Shown here: positions 28,384-40,470 of the stretch, one piece after another
Layout of the letters: every line of letters starts with the position of its first letter
Numbering within the stretch: the stretch's first letter is position 1
Origin: Patellaria atrata CBS 101060
Lineage: Eukaryota
Direction of reading: 5' to 3'
NCBI GenBank assembly: GCA_010093705.1
Contig: MU006095.1
Location: forward strand, 62,001 to 126,000
DNA length: 64,000 bases
The notes under the pieces: generated by a model
Seen by the model: only the letters and a program-made list of their open reading frames with translations
What the model was told of the DNA's origin: nothing
Database searches by the model: none
Translations under genes and position numbers: made by a program

Positions 28384-28935
28384 CTTGCCCGCTACCTTTA
28401 GATGTATCCTGTGGTAGCGGAGATGGAAGATCAGAGGAGTACTGTGGAGAAGCTCGGCTAGAAGCAAAAGAGCGTTGCAAAGAAAATTCACGAAAAGAGT
28501 GAGGCGAGAAGAAAAGCAGCAAAGATATAGGACATGACGTCCGAACTGAGATCGTTGCGCGTTTGTTGATGTGTGTCACAATTAGGGTAGGTGCAGTCGA
28601 GGTGACCGATTTCGTACGGCAAACGCGAATGACAACTCCCTCGTGAACGTAAAGGACGGTTCTCTAAGATACTTGACTTGTAGGTTCGGAATAGGACTCT
28701 AAGAGCCCTTTCCAAGCATTCCTTATAACACATTGCCACCAAAGAGTCTTTAAAATGACCTACGTCCCAAGGAGAATGGAATATGCGCTCCTACACTAGG
28801 ATAATAATAATAATCCTTTGATTGTACATTTCTACGTGAGCTTGAATCAGAGTATAATGAACGCCACCCAATGCTTCTGTGAATTGCACGGTTGATCTTC
28901 CGCTTTTCAAGTCCCAGATGTAATCTGAAATATGA

Positions 28936-29460
28936 CTACCAACTAGCCTTCTTCACACCAGGTATATTGCCGGCTAAAGCATTGATTCTAAATTGATACT
29001 AAGTTGACCGTCCGTTAGTAAATGCTTACTTTGGGGTAGTAAAAAGACATTTGGAGGTACTGCAGGAGAAATATGTTTGGATGAATATGACATACCCGTC
29101 CCATATTGAAATCTGACATTATACCTCGTCCCTTTCCACCCATTATGCAACGGTTCTTTATCTGGGTGGATCGCGTGTAGCAGTGCATCTGCGTTAGTTG
29201 TAGTTGCGCTTGAGCACGAGCTCTCTGAGATAGGGATGTGTTTCGGATGATGTATCTTAAAGCTTGCCTACGCAAACAGTTAGTATCAATCCAATCACGT
29301 ATGCAACCCTGTAGATGGGTATGTTCTCAAATAGACATAGTCGGATAGCTTACCGTTCTGCTTCATGTTCAGCGAAGACTTTCCGTTTCGTGTGATCGCG
29401 AATATTGCGAACGTTGACAAAGCATCCTAAGTCAAGCTTCTTCGCTCGGAATTGAGCCAT
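28936..29460 (-). CDS. MRP2: Mitochondrial ribosomal protein uS14, 3 exons
   Basis: MAQFRAKKLD...IRDHTKRKVFAEHEAE|RQALRYI...IKNRCIMGGKGRG...|YQFRINALAGNIPGVKKASW. Confidence 0.95.
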
Positions 29461-29709
29461 GACGAGAAAGACGGCGATAGATTCGTTCTTCAATGAGATG
29501 CCCGATGTTGGACAACAACTGTTCTCCCCTAACGGAGGAGAGGTTCAAAAGCCATAGATGCCAAGCTAGTTCTGAAGAATAGCAATTTTTACCGAAACAA
29601 CGACAAACGACTCCAATTTCGACCTTATTTTCTACTTCTACGGCATGAGTGAACTATTACATCGTTCAAACATCTCCGTACTCGCTGATCGACGTATGCT
29701 TAAATACCG

Positions 29710-32079
29710 ATGGGTTCCATCTTTCTTCCGGGAGACATTAGACAAATCATTCAGGATTTTCCCCCAAACTCTGCTCAACAGCAGAGTGATACCCTAATTC
29801 CGAGTACCACTGGCGATTATTTACTAAAGTCGAATCAGATTAAGGATATTATTCGATCCGTCATTGACAATGGTACAATGATTGCTGATTGTTGGACTAC
29901 GACTTCATTCTAAGCTTGCAACAGGCACCGACTTAATTCCCTTACAAACTCTTTTACTCCAAATCACCGTTGGTGAGAATGATCTTAAGGATGTATTATC
30001 TCAGATGACATCTGAGGTCATTTGGAACTTCAACAATGATCACATTTACCCACGGTATGATTTTCCTCGTCATGTAGTGTGTTTTCCCCAGACGTACAAG
30101 TCGTAAGATATGCTTTACGCCACCGGGATTGTCTATCCTTTGGTCTATAGACTATATGTGAAGTGGTTCTATACTGCTAGCACACATAATGTGGTCTCAG
30201 ACGATTACAGCATCAATTGTGTTTAAGTTGAATATCATTAGTTTGCTAAAGTGCTCTACTGATCAAGGAAAATACGTCAGTACCCTGCGCCTGGAGCTAC
30301 TGAAGTTTTTCCAAAAAGCGGTCTCTGAGGCTTTGGTGCCAATCCGGCGGTTTTGTATGCAAAAGAACATATCTCCAGCCTCTCTCCAGGAGCTAGTCCA
30401 TGAAATCAATGATTCATCTATGGGTAATGACATTCTTCACGTTACCGAAAGATATGGTGGCTCTCCAAATGAAACTTATGTTTATACAACTTTGTACTGG
30501 GAAACGATTAAATGTAGGATCGTGAATGAACTCCAGAACGCTCTTGAGAGTATCGAGTGAGTCGTTCCGATGCTCTTGGACATAACCTGCTGATGCTCCA
30601 ATAGAGAAACTACCCTCACTTGCAAATTACTTCCCGGTAATCCACCATTGGAGTTCATAAAGGCCATTATTACCAGCATAGAAAATTTCTCAGAGAGATA
30701 CCGCGGACGATTGAATTTTCGAAGTAATCGTGTCGAGTTTACACCGATGGATACCTTGAAGAAGAATGCCATGCAATCCATTGAGAATATCATTGACCGC
30801 CAAAATATGCTTAGTTACGCTACCTATGACCACTGGATAAGTAACTTTCCGGAGATATACGGAAATGAAGACGAGTTGCGCAAATCTATGATGCAAAATG
30901 GTGATCGTATCATGTTCCTTGAGAACGGTGTGCTTGAAACTGCGTGGTTCGAGAATGATGTGGAGGAGAAAATAGAAGCGTTGAGAAGAAATAAATACGT
31001 TGAATTTCCAGTAAATCTCCACTAGACTAGAGCTAAATTTATCTCTGCTGATTGTTCTAATATAGGATGTAAGAGATGAGCATGTCTACTGGAATATCAA
31101 AGGTTCCGACTGCGAGTGCTTAAATGAGCTTCAAGTTGGTAGATTAAAATCGATATACGATAATGAAAGTCAACTGGTCCGCGTAAGCTACGAACTCAGC
31201 AACAACAAATTTTATCTAGTCGATCGCCGGTGGCTAGAGGAAGTTATAGACTTCGCCGGCGAACTTGCTAAAACTATAGCGCAAGCTGACTGGGATCGAG
31301 GGCAGATAAACAAGGAAGAGGTCAAATTCATTCCAGAAACCATTTTATTCGAACAACTCCGGACGAAGTATAACATCCGCGCTGTCAACCTTGTACGTTG
31401 CCTGCTCAAATCCGATGTTGGCGCTGCAGCAGCAAGTGCGTACCGTGAGCACGTGAACAAATTGACAAAAGAATCCGAGCAAGAATTTGCTTCCTTTTGG
31501 AGGGACAGTGTCTCCTTACGAGTCCAACTTTACACAACTGGAGTAACAGCTATACCTGATGATAAGATGCAAACACAGTTCCGAGATTTGCTCGAAAACC
31601 ACATCTCTAAGGAGCTTGTTACCGAGACCTTGGCGCGGGCGGAATCGAAACACTTACTTCAGTCAAGTATTGTCCGTAAAGATGTTCAAAAGCTCAGAGC
31701 CAGTCTGGATGAACATAGACCAATTATACCTGCCCTCGATAAGTTCGCCTCAAAACGGGGTGTTCCTGCAATAGCAGTGGAAGAGCTTGGAGTGAGGAAG
31801 AAGGAGATAACTCGTGAAAGGGTCGCTAAAATGAGGAACGATAAGGATCCACCACGTCTATTTCTTACATTGGTGGTGATACTGTGGGAGATTCATAATG
31901 CGGGGCTCATATATACCACCGGTAAGTTTTCACCAAAACTCTTGAAATCGCTTCAACCAGTGATAGCTCCCGAGATGCTGGAGAAACTAGAGGTCCTCAA
32001 AGCAGCTGTCAAGGCCGGATCGGTCACCGATACTCAGAAACAAGAGATGAGAACACTAGCCCAAGATGCTTGTCTTTAA
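29710..32079 (+). CDS. Multi-exon helical protein, probably a divergent UFL1 (E3 UFM1-protein ligase 1) homolog
   Basis: Five ORF segments are separated by plausible GT-AG introns. Several collinear blocks resemble UFL1 as recalled from memory, e.g. LIPSTTGDYL, YRGRL...VEFTP, IMFLENGVL, VQLYTTGV and DPPRLFLTLVVIL...LIYTTGKFSPKLLKSL. Confidence 0.62.
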
Positions 32080-32288
32080 ATAGAGCTAGAATAGATCACT
32101 TACTCCAAGACAAGCACTCCAATAAAAGGAAGGATCGATAACCTTTGACGGGATACTTTTCGACCTTATGTGCAATGAGAAAATAAACAGCCATAGCGAA
32201 AGACCCAAGATTAATGAACATAATATCGTCCAAGAGACACACCCACGCTGCATATCTCCACTGATATGACTTTGGCAGTCCCTTAAGC

Positions 32289-32876
32289 TCACATCAACTC
32301 CGCGGGCGACATGACTCCACCACCCTCCACCGTCCCCTCTCCCAACTGTCTACATAGGTTCCTGTCTTCTTCTCCCATCCCCCCCGCCTCCAGGATCTCC
32401 ATAATAACGTCAGTCTTCGCGATCACGTACTCATCAATCGTGATCCCCCTCTTAGCTAGCTCAAACTTAACCTGCGCATATTTCTCCCTCAATTCCTCCC
32501 TCTCCCTCAACACATCCCTCACGATTCTGTTATTCCGCTCACCGATACTGCCTTCCAGGATGACGTATATATTTCTCCGCGGGTACCTTAGAGGCCGGTT
32601 CCATCGGAACGCCATGCGATCGGGTACGCCAAGGGATCCTTTACGCTCGTAGCCGGCGGTCATGAAGGCGTCGACGGCCGCGTCGAAATTCTCAGACGTG
32701 ACGATCACGTTAATGTCGATGATGGGTTTGGCTGCGAGGTTGGGAACGGCGGTGCTGCCGATGTGGAGGATCTCGATGTAGGGGACGTGGGTGAGGATGA
32801 GTTCGATTTCGCTCTTGATGTGGAGGAAGAAGGTGGGCCAGAAGTTTAGATAGGGGACCACTTCGACGAGGGACAT
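32289..32876 (-). CDS. GrpB/UPF0157 family nucleotidyltransferase-like protein, intronless
   Basis: Signature HIGSTAVPNLAAKPIIDI, with VEVVPY..WP, RDVLR...Y...K..LA and Y..AKT..I..IL. Confidence 0.9.
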   Translation of the reverse strand: MSLVEVVPYLNFWPTFFLHIKSEIELILTHVPYIEILHIGSTAVPNLAAKPIIDINVIVTSENFDAAVDAFMTAGYERKGSLGVPDRMAFRWNRPLRYPRRNIYVILEGSIGERNNRIVRDVLREREELREKYAQVKFELAKRGITIDEYVIAKTDVIMEILEAGGMGEEDRNLCRQLGEGTVEGGGVMSPAELM

Positions 32877-33862
32877 GGTGGAGTTTGGAGAGGATCGGGT
32901 AGATGGGCTTGGAACAGTATCGATGTCAGGACTTTTCGAACTCCTAAGTCGTATGTGCAATGCTCTTAGTCGTAGGTTATGGAAATAGGTTGCTTAGGTT
33001 GTGGAGATATCTCGATCAGTTGGAAAGTGTAACAGGTTGTATTAGTGGCAGGGGCTTATTTTGTATCAGTATGCGCTGCTTCTGCTTACCTACTGCAGCC
33101 TGTTGTTTGCCATTATGGCAAAATTGATGAGGTCCCCGTTGTTTGTTCGGAAGGCGACGCTCGTGATACACATAGTTGGACATTGTGACCTCTCAATTTC
33201 GAGGGAGGTATATCCCCATAAAGGGGAAAGAGCAATGAGACGTTGGTCCTGAAATATGACTTGACTCTACAGTATATCACATAATGGAAGGGGTTATTTG
33301 CTCCACTCCTATCAAAACTATATATATCCTTTACGGGACTGTTATTGGAGTTGTTTACGTCATCCGCGTCATATAGATCGTCAGCCTACCCGCTGCGCAC
33401 AAGAAAGAAACCTCACCAGAAAAAAAATGCAAAAGAAGAGCCCCAAAGGCTCCCAGAAACCAGGGGAACTGATTTGCTGTGACGAATATCCACGGTGGTC
33501 TTTCCCGATTCCGTTTCCTTAAACTTATATGAGAGTCCTTAGGCAGCCCACAACCGGGGGATGAACCCTCATACCAGTTGCAACGCAGGAGGTTGATCTA
33601 AGCAAGTACCGCGTACTACGTACTAAACGGGCATGTTATTCGGAAGAAGGCCGGGTGATTTGGAAATTATAAGGTGCAAGTGCAGACGCGGAATTGGAAA
33701 GGTGCGGTTGCGTTAGAATCAAGTTTGTTTTATTTTGAGCATATTCGTGGGCACACTTTTAAGTGAAGAATGGGAGAAAAACGTGACTTTGGCCAAGAGT
33801 GAGAGTTGTGGAAGGGAGGACGGGAGAATCACTCTGATTGGACTTGGCACTCTATACTCGAA

Positions 33863-34152
33863 CTGTAAGGTATACTGCTGCTGTAAGGTATACTGCTGCT
33901 GTAAGGTATACTGCTGCTGTAAGGTATACTGCTGCTGTAAGGTATACTGCTGCTGTANNNNNNNNNNNNNNNNNNNNNNNNNNNNNNNNNNNNNNNNNNN
34001 NNNNNNNNNNNNNNNNNNNNNNNNNNNNNNNNNNNNNNNNNNNNNNNNNNNNNNNNNCTGTAAGGTATACTGCTGCTGTAAGGTATACTGCTGCTGTAAG
34101 GTATACTGCTGCTGTAAGGTATACTGCTGCTGTAAGGTATACTGCTGCTGTA
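33863..34152. repeat. 18-bp minisatellite (CTGTAAGGTATACTGCTG)n spanning a 100-N gap (33958-34057)
   Basis: Five perfect units plus a partial unit on each side of the gap. Confidence 0.97.
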
Positions 34153-34596
34153 TTGTACGCGCAAATGGACTGAGTAAAACGACTTTCCTGTACGGATTGA
34201 CATTATCCTACAAGATGACTTACCCATATCAATCGACGAGATTGTTTAAGACGAGTCTACTTGTACGAATTCTCAAACTATTATAAGGGAAGAGCAGGAT
34301 CCAATGGGACAGCGACTGTATGGTAAGATAGAAGTATATGACACAGCAAGGGGGCAGACAGCAATCATTTATCACCAATTACTCAATGTAAGATCCGTAG
34401 AAGGGAGCAACAGGCATATGGGGCGTAGGTGAGATAGGAAAGATATTGATTACTATATAGAATCGTTGTAACAGATCATGTCACAATATGCGTAGGATAG
34501 CTTGAGGTGATATAGTACCCCAGAAAGGGCACAGTAGGACTCAAATAGACGCCATGGTACTGAGAAGGGCAAAAGAATGGTAATATACTACTGTAA

Positions 34597-35403
34597 TCAA
34601 AGCCTTGCTTTAGCGTCCTGCTCTAAGGCAATCTCAATTGTGCACAAGATCAATGTGTCTCTCAATGCTGGAACTCTGAATCGATGATTAACTTCCTGGT
34701 AGTCATCGCTAGCGGCCATGTCTGCGAAATGCCATATACTCGGATAGTGCGCGAGCGCAACTTCGTCCCATAGAGTTTCATCATCCAAACTTTGATCCTG
34801 ATTGGAGGTCCTCTTCCTCCCATTAACTTCTACGACAGTGCCCACAATTTTGGCATTCCCTCCGCGCTTGACACCAATAGACTCCGCAAACGCCTTACCA
34901 TATTGTATATATGACTCCTTCATGTTGGGCTTGAACGACAAGAGATTGAGCATAGACACCGGACTAGCACCTTCTTGCTGACTGAAGTTTTCCATCCACT
35001 CCCGTAATTCCTCTGTAAGCTCTAGGTTTTGCGCAGAATTTGCGATTCGGGGTTTCTGAAGAGCACCGGTCAACGGAGGTACGCGATCTTTGCTCATGTG
35101 TAACAGTTCTTGATTCCTTTCCCGGAATCCGCCAATGAGTCTGCTCGGTATACCTGCGCTTACGCTCCATTGCTTCCGGACGAGTTTTCGGAGAGACTTT
35201 GGTAGAGGTGACTGTGAAGCGAGTATGAGAAGGAGGTCCCATTGTTCATTGAGAAGCACGGAAGTGGAAAGTGTGGTGGGACGTATGATCCAACGGATCA
35301 CTTTTGAGATGACAAGAGGAGTGACCTGCGTCGTGCGAAGAGCTGTTTGAAATGCAGAAATGGGAACATTGAGAGAAAGGAGATGTATGTTGCAGACTGG
35401 CAT
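34597..35403 (-). CDS. Conserved hypothetical protein with DUF1330-like dimeric alpha/beta barrel and PTS1-type C-terminus
   Basis: Intronless 268 aa. PVSMLNLLSF...Y..YGKAF...WDEVALAHYPS...F.DM..S.DYQ pattern. Ends AKARL. Confidence 0.75.
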   Translation of the reverse strand: MPVCNIHLLSLNVPISAFQTALRTTQVTPLVISKVIRWIIRPTTLSTSVLLNEQWDLLLILASQSPLPKSLRKLVRKQWSVSAGIPSRLIGGFRERNQELLHMSKDRVPPLTGALQKPRIANSAQNLELTEELREWMENFSQQEGASPVSMLNLLSFKPNMKESYIQYGKAFAESIGVKRGGNAKIVGTVVEVNGRKRTSNQDQSLDDETLWDEVALAHYPSIWHFADMAASDDYQEVNHRFRVPALRDTLILCTIEIALEQDAKARL

Positions 35404-35921
35404 ATTGATTCTGGGATGATGAGGAACGTCTGTTTTGTGTGGTACAGTACTTATAATGAGAGATATAATAGACGGTACGAGGAAATGGACATATATCTAA
35501 AGCATACTGTTGAAGTACGATTTACTTAGGGATCATTGAGGGGAGAAAAGTATGAGGTGAGGTTGTAACGTAGCCTCGGATGCACGTATCACTAGCAGGA
35601 GCCATATCTAAGATCTTGGCATAAAATGGGCTTCAAGGTATTCTTCAAAAGTCAGTGATTTTTTTGGTCATTTACTTAACGAGTAGGAATAGAACAAATT
35701 CATATAATTACCTAAGATCTCCGCAAAAAATGTTATAGATCTGTGTGCGATATGATATTTTTAGATTAGGTGGTGAAAGTGAAGTTGACAACGTCAGTTC
35801 TAAGCGCGTTAATTCCGCGATAATCCTCAAAGCTCGGGCACGGACCATCACATAAACTCCCGTCGCAACCTTTATGCACATCAAGTAAGGACTGGACGGT
35901 GTTGTATGTTACGGTGGAAAA

Positions 35922-36881
35922 ATGTCTCCAATGTCGTTGAGAGATACTGTTCTCAGATCAGTTCTCCGACAACCACATACCCTGCACTCCATTATCACCC
36001 CAGGTTCCTACCGAACTTTTTCAGTCCTGAATCGTCCTCCTCCCAATTATGAGAACCATATACCACTCACGAGGATTGAAAGAATTGCTCTAGCTGTTGG
36101 ATCGGCATTTTTATCGTTACGTGACCCCCGAAGAGGAGGTAAGGATATGATACGCAACCCGAGGCCCTGGGAACGTTTATCATGCATTGAAGCAATTATA
36201 GTTCAATGCTAATTTAGCTTGCTAGATCTCATAGCAGCGCTGGGCGAAGCAACTGCCCAACCATACTTCATATATCGTTTGAGGGATGCGATGCTTCTAT
36301 CTACTACTGGGCGCCGTATCCTCCGCGATCGTCCACGTATAAACTCGAAAACAATGTCACTGGAATATCTTCGCTCGCTTCCTGATAACTGCGTTGGACG
36401 TACATACGCTACATGGTTAGACCGTGAAGGTGTAACCCCCGATACAAGATCGCAAGTCCAATATATTGATGATGAGGAGTGCGCGTACGTGATGCAGAGG
36501 TATAGAGAGTGCCATGATTTCTACCACGCAGTAACTGGCATGCCAGTATTTAGAGAAGGGGAGGTCGCACTCAAGGCATTCGAGTTTGCAAATACAGTAC
36601 TGCCAATGACGGGGTTGAGCGTCTTTGCAGTCACAACCTTGAAGAAGAGGGAGAGAGAAAGATTTTGGGACACCTATCTGCCTTGGGCAGTAGAGAATGG
36701 ATTGAAGAGTAAAGACATGATCAATGTTTACTGGGAGGAAGAGTTGGAGCGGGATGTGGATGACTTGAGAAAGGAGCTAGGGATTGAGAAGCCGCCAGAT
36801 TTACGGGAGGTTAGGAGAGCAGAGAGGGAAAGGAGAAAACGGGAGAAGGGACAACCTTTAGAGACCAACTTGGCCGCGTGA
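35922..36881 (+). CDS. COQ4: Ubiquinone biosynthesis protein Coq4, 2 exons
   Basis: [26 protein letters not shown] and [14 protein letters not shown]...EVALKAFE (HDxxH-x11-E zinc motif). Confidence 0.97.
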
Positions 36882-37515
36882 TTTGACTCTAAAAAGAGCG
36901 ATAAGGTATGCCTTGCTTTTAGGTTATCGACATGTCTTCTCATTGCCGGCCGCGTTAAAGACCACCATTGGCAGGGTATGCCAGTACCGGATAGTGAAGG
37001 GTTTCCACTCCCTTACGGTTAGCGTTCCTGGGTTATTGTACAAATCCCGTACACGTAATAGGTACTACTACGTCCGATCCTTTTGACATTATACCGATCT
37101 GTATAGGTCAGGTCAGGAGTCTCTTCGTAATCAACGTACACATAACCAGAAATGCCAGAGCAAGGGAAGGGACTCAATTATATATCATCTTTAGTGCCCG
37201 AGAAGCCACAACACCAGAAGGACCCGGAAAACCTATCTGATGTAGCATATCTCAAGCGTCTTTACTGGTGTGCTATTAGCATTGTGGATGCTTCACCATT
37301 ATTCCATAACATAGAACGTTCTCTTCGAGGATATCTTCAGACTGTGAACGCAAGACCAAGGACATAATACTTGCATAGGTCACGAAGCCGCCGCCTCAAA
37401 TATAATTCCTCAAAAGGATCGTGAGAAATATAACTCCTAACACCGCCCACATGCCAAACCCTTGTGTCGTCCAGTTTTGTCACGATTTTTGTCCTCCGTA
37501 CTGTACTCAACACGC

Positions 37516-38007
37516 TCACAAATCCAACAAATCGTCATCGTCATCATCCCACCCTCCCTTCCTCCTACTAACCACAATCTTCTCTTTCTCCCCTTGCTGC
37601 TCGCTAACCGCCCCCAATAACTCCTTCAGTTGCTCCTCAGTGACTTTCTGCCGCAGCTGCCCGGACCGTGCCAACATAATCAGTCTGTTTTCCACGTCTT
37701 CGGCTCTAGAAGCTTTCACGAGACGAATGCGACCGAGGCGGTCGAGGGCTTCGGGCGCGAGGATTTGGGAGAGGATCGAGGTGCGGGCTTCGGCTAGGAG
37801 ATGTTAATGGGGGATAAGCTAGGAGAAGAAGGAGAAGCAGACCTTCGCGCTCACGTTGTTGATCTTCGTTGGTATTGTCGCCGCCAGAGCTGCCGCCTTG
37901 TTGACGCAGTTGCGCGAGACGGGCTTTGCGGATCTGGAGGGGAGATTACTTAAGAGACGGGAAGGTCGGATCTGGGTACTTACTTCTTCAAGGTCTGCGT
38001 CTGACAT
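37516..38007 (-). CDS. PDCD5/Sdd2 family dsDNA-binding-domain protein, 3 exons
   Basis: MSDADLEE|IRKARLAQL...|ARTSILSQILAPEALDRLGRIRLVK...VENRLIMLARSGQLRQKVTEEQLKELL. Acidic tail. Confidence 0.92.
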
Positions 38008-38399
38008 TTTGGGATATCAGTACGTAGGGTTTGATTTCTTGCGGTATGGTGAAAAGTTTGGAGGGGTTAACGCGAGAGAAGACGTGGTGGGGCAGTTGGG
38101 AGAGAACTCTGGCACGTCACTTATCAAACTCGAGATGGGACTCCAATTATATAGGTAAGGTTAATGTTTAGGCAGCCAGAAGACTATTGATGCCGAAATG
38201 TATGTGGAGGTGTAGGCTATTGTATCTGTCAATCGCTGAGACGAAAAAGTGACTTATTCTTCCTACAACATCTTTTTCTGTTCCACGAGTCACTGTATTT
38301 CCTCTCACACTCAACAATGTCATAGTCTTAGCATATTTGACATTCTGATATTCTCACACAATTCAACTGAGTGTATAATTTTCACGAGTATTAGAAAGT

Positions 38400-39848
38400 A
38401 TGGAGGGTCGACAACTCCTGTCGTCCATGTCAATTGGGGAAGAACATCTCGACTTCATTGAGTGGACAAAAGAGCGAGGAGTCAGAATCCATCCCAATAT
38501 TATACCAGCTCAAATACCGAACAGTGGTATTGGTATTCGAGCGTTGAAGCCGCTAAAGGTAGAGTCAATTGGATACATCTGTACCCAAGCAAGACTGATA
38601 AGTATAGAAAGGGGAACAACTCGTTTTCATTCCAGCTTCTGCCCTCATCACAATTGACTCTGTCGGCCAGGAATTTCTGAAAGAGTGCTCTGTCCAATCG
38701 AGGATAGCGGTGCACATAGCTCTCGATCATCTTCAACATGACAGACGTTTTTTTGAGAGATGGTCCAAAGTCTGGCCTTCGCTGGAAGATCTTAGCGTTC
38801 TACCCATGACATGGAAGGAATCGGATCACGAGCATTTGACTAACCATGCTGTCCAACTGCTTGCAAAACAACTGGCCAAATTTGAGAGAGATTGGGAGCA
38901 ATTAAGAACCTCTGCTTTTACTCCCATATTGGATAAGGAAGTCTACAGTTATTACTGGATGATTGTGAACACACGGTGCTTCTTCTGGGAGTTTGCAGAT
39001 ATTAAGCCTAAGAACTCAGAGACGTGTCTCGCAATGTTCCCGTTCGCTGATTATTTTAACCATGCCATCCAAGCGGTTAGTTACCTTCAACATGGTGTCG
39101 AAGGGTCTAATATCCAACTTGTAGTGCAATATCAACATCGATGAAAAAGGGGTGACTATAACTACGGATAAAGAATACGGTACTTCGAAACTTGTACCTG
39201 GTCCCATAGCATTTCGCGCTTATCATATCTCTAGGAACCGGATCTGAGATATTTGTGTGCTATGGTCAGCATAACAGCGACTTTCTACTCGTGGAGTGTA
39301 GGTTAAAATGAACAGATCCTTCTTCATAACTATCAAACTACAGGATCTGAAAAACCGTAGATGGCTTCATCCCAGATGATAATGCGGCGGATAATTTCTG
39401 CATTGACGAGATCATCTTGCCCGAAATATCAGCGGATGCGAAGGAAGACTTGAGGGGTTCTGGTTACCTGGGGTAAGAGCTAATTCAGTTGAGATACAGG
39501 TATTTCTCGCACATTCGAGAAACTGACCTTGTAGTTAGGGAATACTATCTTAATCCTTCAGGCCTCTGTTTTCGAACTGAAGTGGCTTTGCGGCGCCATG
39601 TCCTGAATACTTCGGCTTGGAGAGAATTCCTAGCAACTGGGCTTGATTTGAATGAGGGACACACTGTGGCTATCCAGAATTTTAGTTATGATTTGGTCAA
39701 GAATTGGATGCGAACTGTAGGAGCAGAACATATAAAAGAGCTGGCCAAGGTTAAACCCAGAACCAACTCCGTTAAGTTAAGACAGAAGCGGTGGGAGCAG
39801 ATTCAGGACTTGATATCTAAAATGGAGCGGCGGATGGGTGAGATCTAG
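38400..39848 (+). CDS. SET-domain protein lysine methyltransferase (Rkm2/Set11-like, non-histone type), multi-exon
   Basis: FIEWTKERGV...SGIGIRA, YYWMIVNTRCF, LAMFPFADYFNH and EIFVCYGQHNSDFLLVE|YGF. The start may be the second ATG near 38427. Confidence 0.85.
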
Positions 39849-40470
39849 CAGTGGGGCAATGGGGAAGTGATGACTAGCTTTGGCATAATCTGGTCTTTTG
39901 CCAGGGGATAGTTTGAGTTCTTCTTTTAAAAATGCTGACTATATGGAACATGAATCGCGACCATAGAGTTCGGCAACCAACGGTTTCGTAATTCCCAACC
40001 TCCCTCGGAGATTCTTTTTACCGCGTGATAGACAGTACACCTTCTTGGGATGTGTGGTACAGAAAAGGAGTCCAGACAAGGTTTGACGGACGATTTTCCC
40101 TCGTAGATAGAGCTTTCGAAATTTGACTTGCAGCTACGAAAGGCGAGCGTTCGTCATTAGTATGATCCATATGGAGGAAAAATTACGCTTTATAACTGAA
40201 CATACCCTGATGCATTCCCCTATCTTTCCCTACTCTAGGTGGATCCTCAATTACAGTACGTTTTCTGTAACTCCCCGGTGGACACTTCAAGGCGCAATAT
40301 CCCACCGGTTCAAGACATGTACGGACCAAATATTTGTACAGCTCACAAGCTTTGTACAGCTTGACTTCGTTACGTGCATCGGAGGTGGAACTCCTTCATA
40401 AGTTCAGGCATACGGCGAGCAAGCATTGCCGTGAGAAGAAAGGAGGTAGTGATCATAAGCTCTGAAAATG

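Noticed and set aside
33863..34152. CRISPR-like array
   Set aside because: Units are directly adjacent with no spacers, there are no cas genes, and the context is eukaryotic.
33735..34286. Cys-rich (CKVYCC)n ORF that looks like a metallothionein
   Set aside because: It is a translation of the 18-bp minisatellite across an N-gap. It has no ATG start and other frames are equally open.
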